From the NCBI RefSeq assembly GCF_009914755.1, contig NC_060931.1: 64,000 bases of DNA. One strand, 5' to 3'. The translations under genes were made by a program, and so were the position numbers. This stretch comes from the human T2T-CHM13v2.0 reference genome, Homo sapiens. Every line of letters begins with the position of its first letter. Within the stretch, counting starts at the first letter, position 1. Of the stretch, positions 40,216 to 53,740 are shown one piece after another. The notes under the pieces are model-generated. The model ran no database searches and had not been told where the DNA came from. It was given only the letters and a program-made list of their open reading frames with translations.

Positions 40216-41111
40216 AAATACATCCTATTTCCTTCTAAATGGAAGTCTATTTTTTAAGAAAAATGATTTTGATTTTGAGCAATAAGACAGGACATTTGGA
40301 AAGCAGTTTACTGCATTTTCCAAGCACAATGGTACAGGCTTCCTTAAATATGTCCCTTTGGAAATTAATGGCAAAATTGATGTCTCTTTTTCCTAATCAT
40401 TAAGCCAGACTGGTAGAGAAAAAAGGGCTCTGTGTTTGTATGCCTCTCCTCTTCTCCTTAAATGCAGGGTCAAATTGAAACTGTAAAAATGACAGTCAAG
40501 AAAGTAATTACACTCTGTTTCTTGTTCTTGCCAGAGGAGGGGTTGTAAGTAAACAAGCGTGAGCCCAGTACTTCCAAGCTATGAAAGGATTTCTCCAGTA
40601 CATTTTTCCCTCTTTGTGCAGACATTAGCTAAGGTAAATCCCATTTCATTTAATAACTGCCTGCATTAAGGAGGCTTTTTGAAGGGACTAATTTACATAA
40701 AGTAAGCTGATTTGAATAACCAGTGTTGGTTTGAATATTAAAAACAAAATATGCACCTGCAATTTTGTAAAAGAATTTGACTTGATTGGCACTGCCTCAG
40801 GTGTTTCTTCCAATATCAGGGAGGTTAAAGTTTCCTTACTACTTTTGTGCGTCAGTGAAAAGAGCTAAAGAGAGATTTCCATACAAATAAATCCTTTGGC
40901 AACTAATTACTGGGCACTTTGCCTAAAAGTTTGTACTGCCTTAAATTACAGAAACATGAAATCAAAGATAGTAGAAAAAATTAATCCTTCTGAAACTAAA
41001 GACTTAGTGTTTACCTTTATAAAATCCTACACTATGGTTGCCAATATTTAGTTCCATAAAGATTAAAAACCAAGAATTTCTTTATATTTGGAGGTTAAAT
41101 ACTTCTTGTAA

Positions 41112-41421
<310 letters not shown>

Positions 41422-41514
41422 TAAATCTTTATAGAAAGTTTTTCATTTGAATTTTGCAAAAGGGCCAATATATAATAACAATGTATAGATTATATTTCAT
41501 TTCATAGCATTTAG

Positions 41515-42058
41515 GCAGAGGTTCTTGAACTTTCTCTAGCCTCAGTACCTTTGGTGTCTAGTAATTTTTTTACAGAGTCTCTAGGCAAAAGAAATGCCCA
41601 ATGGATCTGTTTATTAAGTAGTTAGGCTCAAACAACTTAATAACTATTTATATCCTAATACATGAATGCTATTTTGAAAAATAATTTATATAAAGGCAGA
41701 GAAAACTCACGTGTCATTCTGAAATAACTGCAACTATTTACCAAAAGTATGTATACATCTATTGGTCACTGCGGAAGTTCTCAAACCTTGGAAACAGATG
41801 AACATTATTGCTCTCATTTCTTGTTCCACATTGATTTTCATTTGGTAATTTTTATCACTGTTGAAAATGTTTTAGAATGATATGATGTCATCATAAGGAC
41901 TGTAAATCCATCTAATGCTGACACTGAACGATCTTGGAGCTAGTAGTTTGCGCGGTGTCCTAGAGATGTCACTGTGTTTCTCCTGAAAACTAAACATCCT
42001 GTGGCACCTTTGTAAATGTGCTGTGGCTCCCCTGGGGGACTTCGTGCAGTTTTAGAAG
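41515..42058. mobile_element. MER119-like hAT-Charlie element
   Basis: gtttattaagtagttaggctcaaacaacttaataa...ttctcaaaccttggaa...gagctagtagtttgcgcggtgtc. Confidence 0.72.
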
Positions 42059-43479
42059 GTTTTATACATCCCTTTTACAGTTTATTAACTATCTAAAGGT
42101 AAATTCTTGTCAGTGTTTTCAGTTCTTGGTATTGTTGTTAGTCATTAACTGCGGAAGAAATATTAACTGTGTGAATACATTCAATAAACATCATTTTACA
42201 ATGATTTCCATCTACTTCAAGAATAATGGTAACTCTTTTCAAGTGAAATATGTCTTGGAAACATTGATTTAGTTTAACTTTCCAGAAAAGCAGTACATAA
42301 GCATCCCTCAAATATATCAGAGGCCAGGATGAACCCAGTCGTAGATAGGAATAAATGCCCAAACAGAAGCAAAATGCTAGGAAACTTCATTTTCTAGAGT
42401 GTTTGTCTGACTCACTGGCACAGCATTCCTGTTTTCTGCTTTGTTTGGAATTCCCATCCTCTGTGAACCCAAGAAATGCAGGGCATGGGTTCAGAAGATT
42501 AGTGCTAAAATAAACATCTCATTGTGGAGAAGAGTTGAGAACATACAATGGGTTTGGCCTTCCCTGTATTGTTATATGCACTTAAGTTTCAGATTAATAG
42601 TCTATTATCTAGAGAAGAACAGAGTTGTGAAGACTCGATGAAGAAAGGGCAGGTAACATTTAGAGTGCAGAATGAATAGTCTTGGAAAGGGCAGAACTGA
42701 ACCAAACATGAAATACGCATGAAGCAGCACGACAATAAGATTAAGATCTGGGTTGGGGGAGGATGGAAGAGATAAAGAAAAAGTGGGATCTGCAGATTAA
42801 GTATACCCATTCAACTGGAGAAAACTGGACTACTAAGGGGTCAGCTTATTTCCAGTTGCTTGCTGACCAATTATTGGTTACCCTTTAGATTTTTTACTCT
42901 TATGACTAATAGTGTACTAGACATCCCCTTACATCAATCTTCATGAACATCTCTGATACTTTCCACAGGACAAATTCTTAAAAGAATTTCTGAGTCATAG
43001 AATATAAGTATGTTAAGACTTTTGGGACACTTTTTTCAAAGCATTGCACAGAAAAGTAATAGCAACTGAAAGTCCACCATCAGTGTATGAGAATGAACAC
43101 CGAAAATCACACTGTAATCATCTGGCAAGGTCCACCCAAGACAGTTATACGTGGACATAGCAATAACAGGAAGGATTTTGTCACTTCTTCAAAGGCCAGA
43201 AATTAAGAAATATTAGATTTACACTAAAAAGTAAAAACTAAATAAGGTTTACTAATGATGTCTATTTTTAAATACTTCTAAGCATCTGTGAATACCCCAC
43301 GCAGTGAGATGTTGGCAGCAAGTTCTAGATACTCCTCAAGGGTGGGATACCAATCCAGAGTAGCTGAAGGAATGCTCTCTCTTTGATTTGGTCTGGATAC
43401 TTTTAGCTGGCTTAAAGGAGTCTTTGAAAATGACTTCATAGAACTACCATCCACACATTTGCCAGGCCAGACCTGGGAA

Positions 43480-43780
43480 TGATCCCAAAATACCACAATT
43501 TGCCCTTACCCAGATCCAGCTGCCAACTGCTTATCAATTTCTATCAATTGTTTTTCTTCAATATCTTTCAAACATACCCCAGTTCCAGTGCCCTAATTTA
43601 CACCTTTGTCATTTCTTGTTTCTTCATGTTCTTGCTACCTTCCACCTTATTCTTTTCTAATCTATCACACTGACACTGGAGTGAGATTTCTAAAATGCGT
43701 ATCAGGTCATGTCATGTTCCTGTTCATAATTTTAAATAGATTCCTCTCACCTACAGAATAGAACCTATGCCTATGTTCAG
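43480..43780 (+). mobile_element. L2 fragment
   Basis: gagtgagatttctaaaatgcgtatcaggtcatgtc...cacctacagaataga. Confidence 0.6.
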
Positions 43781-44228
43781 TCTTATGTTGTCCTTTGAGC
43801 CATGGAGCCCTCTGCCATGTCACACAACTTCTATCACAGAGCACACCCTTATACTGGTCATGATTTTCATCCTTAAAACCATGGTTTTACCTTTGCCCAT
43901 CTGAGGCACCATATTCGGTCTCAGTCTTATCCCTTACGCTTTGATTTATGATTTATGATTTATCATCATAGCCACAGCCTCTCTTTAACCTTCCCACATT
44001 ATTCTCAGCACTGCCTCTATGGCTTTGATTTCTTTTGCCCTACTCTAACTATTATTGAGAATCTCCCTTTGTCCTTGTTGCCATAAACTACCATGGAAAA
44101 AGATATCAAGAATTCTACTAGAATCAGGGCATCTGTTCAGAGTGAAACTACAAGTAATGCTGATTTGATACCTGTCTGGTGCTTTAAAATTCACCTTCAC
44201 TATAGGCACAGCTGGCCCAAAGCATGGG

Positions 44229-44728
44229 TGCCGAGACCAGCTCGGTTGGGGAGACCCTAACCCAGTGGCGCTAAAGGAATTAAAGACACACACACAGAAA
44301 TATAGAGGTGTGAAGTGGGAAATCAGGGGTCTCACAGCCTTCAGAGCTGAGAGTCCCAAACAGAGATTTACCCACGTATTTATTAACAGCAAGCCAGTCA
44401 TTAGCATTGTTTCTATAGATCTTAAATTAACTAAAAGTATCCCTTATGGGAAATGAATTAAAGGAATAGGTTGGGCTTGTTAACTGCAGCAGGAGCATGT
44501 CCTTAAGGCACAGATCTCTCATGCTATTGTTTGTGGCTTAAGAATGCCTTTAAGCAGTTTTTCGCCCTGGGCTGGCCAGGTGTTCCTTGCCCTCATTCTG
44601 GTAAACCCACAACCTTCCAGCGTGGGTGTTATGGCCATCATGAACATGTCACAGTGCTGCAGAGATTTTGTTTATGGCCAGTTTTGGGGCCAGTTCATGG
44701 CCATATTTTGGGGGGTTTGTTCCCAGCA
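44229..44728 (-). mobile_element. MER9 solo LTR (HERV-K9/HML-3)
   Basis: tgccgagaccagctcggttggggagaccctaaccc ... tgttcccagca; perfect 6-bp TSD CATGGG, typical of beta-like ERVs. Confidence 0.93.
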
Positions 44729-45461
44729 CATGGGGACAGGCTAAACTTGTCCGAAGGGGCTCAGTTTCCTGAGTGTCAGGACTGAGGTTCTGTAGAACCA
44801 GAGCCAAGGCCAACCATGGTTCTTAGAGGCAAAACTCAATATATAAATCTTTTGTCTCATTTGCAGACTTTCCCTAGAAAGGTATCATAGGAGTGCTGTA
44901 GAGACAATTAAGTTTTTAGTAACAGAATGGTTTAGAAAGAATATTTTTAATTTGTTAAATTATTTTCAGTTGAAAAATGGTTTAGAATTTGAAAAAGCAG
45001 GAAAGCATTATTTCCTGCCTGATAGCTTAGTCTATTAATAAATAAACAATGTTTTAGGTAAGCTGGCTATCCTAATTTTAATGTTTTCATGCAAAAATGC
45101 AATTGGTTAATGAAAGGAAGCAAAAATATTGTTCATATAAATAACATTTATCTTATTAAAATACTTCTTAATGTTTGTAGTTACAGAAAATATCCAGAAT
45201 AAATGCATTTTAAGCATTTAAGCAACAGTAATTGACATTACTGTTATTTACCTTAATATAATATAACTAAAATATTTATAATTTACCTGTTGAGTCAGAA
45301 GGGCTTTACAGCCAGTTATTTTATAAGAACTTAGTTTTGATTAGCTTTTGGATGAAAATAATAAGAATTCAATTTTTTTATGTACACAGAATATGAATTT
45401 AATATTGAAACAGAGTGGTGCTGTAAAATGCATAAAGTAGGCCTTGAAAAACCAAACTTGT

Positions 45462-45795
<334 letters not shown>

Positions 45796-47526
45796 TTATA
45801 ATTTTAAAACGTAATATATAACACTTTAGGGTTGGAAGGGCTTTTATTGGTATTCAGTCATGCAGCTTATAATGTGTGGATGAGGATGACTTAATTAAGA
45901 AAGTATCTGGAGCCCCAAATAGGGTCATAGGTCTATTTTGTGAGGGAGGCATGGTAAGCCAGAAAGGGGTTACTGAATGGAGACAGAAGGTCACATAGAT
46001 ATAAATCCCAAACAAGCCACACTAAAGAGATGCTTTTCCAAATTTATGTGAATGTACCATCTCCATTTTCACTGAGTATCAGATAAATATTCACCAGATT
46101 AACAATTAATAAAACACTGAAGAGTAAGAGATTGGAGGGTACAAGAGTCAATGCTAAATGGAAAAAAAAAGAGAAAATATTTATGTTTAGGTGAACATTG
46201 ATTATCAAACATGCTGTGAACTTTTTCCAGATCAAAATAATTGCCTTTCAGTAAGAAAAGCTTTCACTGACACCCTATCTTGAGTAATAACAGATACATT
46301 ATAAAACTCATCTAACTGATTAGCAGTTTTTGGCTTTTAGGGTTTTTTTTAATAAGATAAAAAGACTGAAGTGGAGTAGAAGGGAGACCATCTGTTTCAG
46401 TGTTGAATTTTAATTTTCTATTATTAATATAACAATTAGCGATTGATAGTTATTACAGATAAAAGCTGTGTTCATAAATATTTAAAACAAGACAAGTGGG
46501 TGGTTGGGTTGGGTGACTTGGAGGAGATTTGGATCGATGCAACCAGAATTTAGTGGTTATATGGTTTGTGTTCTTCGTTAAATTCTAGAATGGCACAGGG
46601 ATCTAGAACAGCATTAAATTAATTTCTTTTTTCACTCTCGTTTTGTGCAATTTCCCACATTATACCCTTTGCTATAATATGTGCCATGTTCAATTAAGGT
46701 GTGCTAGTATGTTGAAGTATTTTTCAACAACTCTGTTGAAATCTCATGAATGAGGTCAGCTCACAGGGTCAAACTAATACATGCTAAATGCTTGTATGTA
46801 ATTTTTTAGCTTGAGATAGGCTGTGAGGCGTTTATTTGACGAACTCCTAAGAATAATTGGTTCTCCAACAACCTTGACAGAATAGGCTTTTTGAGAGTAA
46901 AATACGTCCTCTTTCATTTCTTTCCTGTAGCTCATTTTAAGTGGTATCTTATAACAATCTCAATTTTAAAGTTACTTCTATTCATCCAATGAAAGTAACT
47001 TGTTTCTTTTGATCCTTTTGGTTGCTGGGTCTTTAAATTGCTTAAAGCTATTCTCTCAAACTGTCACTGTTAATCATGCACATTTGTTTTGCCTTATGCT
47101 ATTAGTAGGACGGAATTTTCTAACTTCTTTGCATGATCCTGTTATATTGATACACTTAACATCTGCCATAAATGATTTATTAAGATTTAGTGAAAATTAT
47201 ATTTAAACACATTTAAGATGCAAACTTTGTTGAAAGCATAAATGGTTTACTCACATTTCAGAACTTGCCAAACCTTTCTAATTATAATTAAGATATAATT
47301 TCATTTCATTATTATATTGGAGCCCCAAGCTGTCACAATGTATTTTTCCCTTTATGCAGCATTTTCCCTTTAAACACATTCATAAAACTTTCATTTTATC
47401 TAGGTGAGTACAGGCCTTTGGTTGCAATTTCTTTTTTAGGTCTGATGCATGTTTCAAAGTATGGAAGAGTTTGTGATTTTCAGAGTAATCTAAAAGCCCA
47501 GTCTAGAAATTTAACTTAACAGATGG

Positions 47527-47527
<1 letters not shown>

Positions 47528-47571
<44 letters not shown>
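47528..47571. repeat. (AC)22 microsatellite
   Basis: Pure AC run flanked by GATGGAA on both sides. Confidence 0.97.
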
Positions 47572-47573
<2 letters not shown>

Positions 47574-49189
47574 TGGAATTTGATGCTTTTTTTTTTTTAA
47601 CAAAAAAATATTGCTCACACCAAAGGTTATTTTATTTAAATAGGTCAAATCACTTGGGTCACCGAAGCTAATGCAATAAGCCTGGACGTTTATGTAAAAG
47701 CGTTAGCTTAATGGATTAATATGCCTCCTCTGAATAAACAACCCTCTTGAGATTGTTTCAGCCTGTGAGTTCAATAAATTTACCACTCCTAAAACATTAG
47801 GCTTAAATAGCATTCTACTCTCCTGGGACTTTAGCCTCGCCGACTCAAAATCAAACTTTACAAGGGCTTCTAGTTACATTTCCTTTCCTATGCCACCTTT
47901 CCTTCCTTGCCTATGCTCTTACTCATTTTAGGAGACCTCGGGACTAAGGACACTCTCTTGTATCTGTGTATAGACGTGTAACAATTGAAACTCTATAATT
48001 AGTGACAGGAGTGTGCGGCAGTATCCCAAGGTAAAGAGCATCATTTAACTTTGGGTGATTCACTTCATCTCTTAGAGTTGAGTTACTTCATTCTTACGAT
48101 AAGGATAGGCCCTATATTTTTGTGGGTAACAATGGTTAAAAGAAACATCTCCAGAGCTGCTAGGGGTAGATGGGTAATGAGGAAAGGCCTTTTCAGCTTA
48201 GGTGAAGCCAGTTGACCTGCCTTCAGTAAGTACTTAATAAATACTAACTAATATTATTATTACTAAAAAAAAAAAAACCTTATAATGATTTTTCATTTGC
48301 AAGGGTATTCAGAGCCCCAGTTGCTACAGCAAGGCAGAACACAGACAACACAGGAAGGATGTGCACATTAGGAAGAAATCTCCATTTCCGTTTTAGAAAA
48401 TAAGTGTCACAGATTTGGTCTGCATACTTCTTTTTAAGGAGCACGTTGGAGCAAACATCCATAGACATCCTTCAATGAATGTTTGTTGCCCAAAACATAT
48501 TTGAACAATCATTAATCAGAGACAGAATAATCTACAAGGAGTAATACAAACAAACAAACCACGGTTGCAATCTGGAGGTCCATGAGTGACGTTTGCCCTG
48601 CAATGTGTTTTGCTTGACTGCCAGGATGGTTTTAAAAAATGAATGTGAAGTACTTTAGGCAAGACAGTTATCCTTCAGTTTGTTATAGGCTCCACTAACT
48701 CCCTAATGCCTTGAAACTGTGAAGGTTTATATCTTTATATAGCTTTCTGGTCTTTGCAGCTGATTGAATTTATGTTCTCTGATAATCAGCTATTTGTATT
48801 AAGAGTCCTTTTATACCATCAGAGATGTATAAGCAAAGAGTGAGGCTGAGCCCTAACAGGAGGCTCTGTTAAGCCAGGTGGAAGTATCCTGACGAAATCC
48901 AAGAGAGACCCCTCCTTTAACTCTCTCTCGGTATTCCCATTCTTGAGGAGAAACTGGAACTTGCTGCCAGAATCTCACTGTGGAATATTCACAGATGCTT
49001 AGAAGTATATACAAATTAACATTATTAGTAAACCCTACTTCTTGTTTTTTAGTGCACATCTAATATTTCTCAGTGAATTAATTTTTGGCCCTTGAGGAGG
49101 TGGCAGAATCCCTCTTAGTCATTGCTATGTACAGATATAACTGTCCCAGGTGGACCTTGTCAGGCAATTACAGCACCATTTCTGTTGTC

Positions 49190-49740
49190 CATTCTCATAC
49201 ACTGATGGCAGACGTTCAATTGTTATGAATTTTCTGTGCAATGCTTTGGCAAACTGTATAAACACTCATAACATACTGGTGTTCTATGACTCAGCAATTC
49301 TTCTAGGAATGTGTCCTGTAGAAATTATCACAGATGTGCATAAAGATTTATGTATGAGGATCTCTAGCACCCTATTAGCTCTAAGAGTAAAAAATCAGAA
49401 ACTATCTAAGTGTCCCAAATAAGTATATGTTAAATAAATTTCAGTATGGTAATCTGGAATTCCCTGCAGTCATTAAAAATCTTTACTGGAATATGTGGTA
49501 ATGTAGAGAAGATGTTTACAATAAAGTGTTCTTTGAAAAAAGTACCTTATGAAATAGTACATAGGCTATGACCTTGCTTGGGTCTCTAAAAAGTAAATAT
49601 AAAATCACAGAATAAGTTTAGAACTATGCCCTAAAATGTTAACAGTGGCTCTCTCGGTGATAGGGGTGTGGTTGATTTTAATTTTTCTGTGTGCTTTTCT
49701 GTGTTTTCTAAATTTTATTGTTGTATAATGAGAAAAATAC
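49190..49740 (+). mobile_element. L1ME-type 3' fragment
   Basis: ctatgactcagcaattcttctaggaat...aaagatttatgtatgaggat...aaaatgttaacagtggctctctc. Confidence 0.78.
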
Positions 49741-51329
49741 TAAAAACAACTATTTTTAAGGGCATTCTCATGCTCCAATGGCTAACACTAGGCAAGCAGC
49801 ACCCCTTAAAGTCTACTCAACAAGTCTGGTTTCTGGCTGTTTTCCCTGCCTAAGCCAGAGGACTTGAACGTCAGTTCTCTGGAGGGCCCTTTCAACTACA
49901 TGGCCTAATTCTCTGATTTTAAGATAATCATGATTTGTAGATCTCTTGTCATCTCAAGCAACTTTTCAATTGTAGAGGAATTGGAAGCTTTTCACTGTCA
50001 GAGCTAATGGTCCATACCAGTAATGCCACCCTGTAGAATAATTATGCTTTTAAGAGGAAAATTCTCTGCTACCCTGTGATCGTTAACTATGGGATTGTTT
50101 TTTTCATTTCAAGAGGAGTGGCTCTAATTTAATGCTTCTGAATGATAGTGAAGGGAATGGATATTTGTTCTCAAAAGGGTCTTTTTAATAGGATCATTGC
50201 CTTGAAGCAATGTTCCCTTGGAAACTGCTTGATGTCTGTTTGTACATTTAGACATTTAGAAGTTGGGTGCATGTGTATGTCTGTGAATTCATATTGAAAT
50301 GACTGAAGGTTAGTATAGAAAAGGGAAATGCATTTGTGTCCTAAAACCTCAAATTAAAAGTATCTGACCTTTTTTTTTTCAGAATAAGGATATAATGAAG
50401 AGAAGAAAAACATCCAATTATTGAAATTCTTTCAAATGTTTATGTGGTGGAAAAAATTTATATCTAACATATGTAAATCCTAATCATACTAGTTTTCAAG
50501 TTTTTTTCTTAGCCTCTATGCTATGGGTTATATGAAGACATTATTATATGTTACTGCAAAGTTGCTGGCTTGGTATGAGAGGCCTTGCATATTTGGTATT
50601 TTGGAGGCTTGGGAAGGTATTTGTCAACACCTAGTGCTTTGATGGAGATTATAAAATAAAAAAGATTAGATTCATTAGATGACATAATTTGCTTTAGAAA
50701 TACACAACATTTTTTCATTTAGTGAATTCAGACCATATTCTATAGGCAATAAAGACACCTACCAAGTATTCAAGGCAACATCTAGCTCAGTGGTCCTGAA
50801 TGGCCAGTGTGCATGTATGTCAGGAGATGTTCAAGGGGGCTTGAAAAGATAAGCAATTAATTGCTGAGCATTTTTAGACTGCTAAACCTTGCCCTGCCCA
50901 GAATTAGATGGAGGAGTACGCAGTCTTCGGTTATGTGAATTTTGAAAATTTCTTGGGCGTTTCTGCTTGAAAAGTAGTAACTTTATAAATTGATAAATGA
51001 AAATACCAGGCTCCAGAGATGTTCAGTGACAATACATAACATTACCAAACTAGTTTAGAAAACGGATTAGTTTCTCATTTATAAAATGAATTATTTTAAT
51101 ATAAAATTGCAAGGGAAGGGTAGGAAACAAACCTGAATATACCGAGCAGAAGTGCTTCTCAGCTTGCATTATGCTTTCCACCCTGACACAACCACCTCTT
51201 GTCACTGTTGATGGACTCAGTTGTCATGACTGCTACTGGCCCTGCTTTGTGTCTTATCCATCCATGTTTACCCTTTGGTACAGAAACAAGTGACATCTGA
51301 AAAAATAGCTCTGTCTCAAGGTGTAAACA

Positions 51330-51830
51330 TGTTACTGCTGGAGGTTGTCTAGGTTCTTGGCATCTTGAACAAAGAATTGAACAAAATGCACAAACAAAGC
51401 AAGGAAAGAATGAAGCAACAAAAGCACAGATTTATTGAAAACAAAAGTATGCTCCATAGTGAGGGAGTTGGCCTGAGCAAGGGGTTCAAGAGCCTGGTTA
51501 CAGAGTTGTCTGGGGTTTAAATATCCTCTAGAGGTTTCCCATTGGTTACTTGGCGTACACCCTATGTAAATGAAATAGTGGCCCACGTGCAGTCTGATTG
51601 GTTGTGGGAGGGGACCCATCAGAATCAGAGGTACTTTCAATTTTTCATCTGCCAGGCAGAAAATGGGGGCGCGGGCGCGGGTGCAGTTGTCAAGGGAGTC
51701 AACTCTCCTACTTTTGGTACTTTCGTTACTTGGATGCGGAAAGTTGGGGCTTTCCTTTTGATTTAGTTCTAGGAAGTCAGCATGAATCGGCCTTAGGTTC
51801 TCTGACTCCAGACTCTATTCTCTTGCCTCA
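51330..51830 (-). mobile_element. MER51 solo LTR (ERV1)
   Basis: tgttactgctggagg...ttcttggcatcttgaacaaagaattg ... ctattctcttgcctca; 4-bp TSD AACA. Confidence 0.9.
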
Positions 51831-52049
51831 AACATGTTGGAGGGGTTAAAGTGGGTGAATAAATGAGGAAGAGGAGACGAATGTGTATAGACTATTGCTT
51901 CAAGAAATTATCACTGAAGAAGGAAGAGTGAGGGTGGTAGTTGGGTAATAGAGAAAGGATGAAAGCCTTTTATGGGATATGGTAAAAAAAAAATTAATGG
52001 AGAAATGGTTGCAGAAATCTTTCTAGATGTTATTGATGCTATATCTAAA

Positions 52050-52440
52050 AATACTTTTAGGATTTTGCTGCGATAATGCTGCATAGCAAACACCCTCAAA
52101 GTCTAGTGGCTTTCAGCAGTAAGCATTTTTTTCTAACGGGGTTGGAGGTTAGATCTTACTTGCTGGACTCTGTTGGGCTTGCCTGGGCTTGGGTGCTGTC
52201 TGTGGGTTGGTTCAGCTTTGATCTACATGATTCTCATTCAGGGACCAGGGCCAATCCCAGGTATGCTCTTTTCAAGGAAGATGATGTAAGCACAAGTGTT
52301 TAAGCCAAACCACTGCAGCACATATAAAGCCTCTGCTTGCATAATGTCCCCTTACACAACCCACTGGCCAAAGAAAATCGCATGGCTTAGTTCAACATCA
52401 ACGGGTCAGAGTACACCCCTCCTCCAGAATCAGGAGAGCA
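52050..52440 (-). mobile_element. Ancient MLT1 (J-type) LTR
   Basis: ttgctgcgataatgctgcatagcaaacaccc...ccactggccaaagaaaatcgcatggc. Confidence 0.65.
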
Positions 52441-53309
52441 ACCACGTATCTCTTGGTAATGAATTTCAGAGTTACACATGGCAAAATGATCCACTGCTCT
52501 TCATTGGCACCTCCCTATTAAACAGGGACTTAATATATTGACTCATAGTCAAGACTGGGTGCCCTTTAGGGTTCCCACTTAGTTCATGCTTACTTTGCTT
52601 ACTTCATCGTAGCACCTATCCTTGCGCTATGCAATTAGGGTGTTCAGAGAGGCTTCACTGAGAGGGCGACATTTGAATAAATGTCCCAAAAGAGGCAAAG
52701 GAGAGAGCCATATAGATATCTGAGGAAGGATATTCTAGGCAGAGATAAAAGCAGATGCAAAGGCACTAGGAAAAAATGTACCTACCTATTGTGTTCAAGG
52801 ATTAGCAGTAGACAAGTGTGGTGGGAATAGAATGAGGGGAAGAATAGTAGGAGATGAGGTCAGAGTGGTGAAGAGAATCAGTGGTAGACTGAGCAAAGGA
52901 GAGACATGCTCCAATCTAACTTTTAAAGGATTATTCTAGTTGTCATAGAGAATAGACCATAGGGGGTTGAGGGTGTAAACATGGAGGTTGGTTAGGAGAC
53001 TGTGATTATACTCTTGACAAGAAATGTTGATGACTTGAATCACGGTGGTAATAACAGAGGTGATAAAAAGGGGCTAGATTCTAGATTTATTTTGAAGGCA
53101 GAGCCAATAGGATTGTATGGGTGCATGACAGAAAGAAAGTCAATGATGACTTCAAGGCTTTTGGAACAGCTGGAATGATGGAGCTGCCCATTGCAGATAT
53201 GAGGAAGATTGCAGGATAAGCAGGTTTGGGGCTAAAATCAGTTTTGCTCATGATGTTTTGAGATTTTCATTGACCATCTAAGTGAAGACATTGAATAGGG
53301 AGCTGGTGT

Positions 53310-53740
53310 TGTAGACTATAATATTTGTTCACAGCTCTTTCTTTCCCCGTCCTCATCCTTGTCATGGCTTCCACTGGGTGCAGTATGTTTCTCTGTCTCA
53401 TTGGTTCTGGGCTTGGCCACATTACTTGCTTTGGCCCATTAAATGTGAATGGAAGTGATAGTGTGCACACTTAGCTGAGGCATAGATACTATGGCAAAAA
53501 TGTGGCAGCCCCTTTGAAGATTTTACTTTCTGCCATGAGAAAAGCATGCCCTTGAAGAGCAATTGGAACCAGAATGAGAGAGAGGTGAAGCAGACCTGAA
53601 CTAAACCTGTAACCTGAGGTAGAAAGGCCTGGGCAAACCTGCAGATAAATGAGCAAAAATTAAGTATTTTTTAAAATCAGAAGCCACTGAACTTGTGAGT
53701 CGTTTGTTACAATGTTATTAAAACAGAAACATGATGAATG
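53310..53740 (+). mobile_element. MLT1 (H/I-type) LTR inside L2
   Basis: gggcttggccacattacttgctttggcc...aagccactgaacttgtgagtcgtttgttac. Confidence 0.7.

Noticed and set aside
39673-40223. ORFs of 171, 117 and 66 aa rich in F/L/S or K/E/R
   Set aside because: Translations of the pyrimidine microsatellite, which lacks stop codons by composition.
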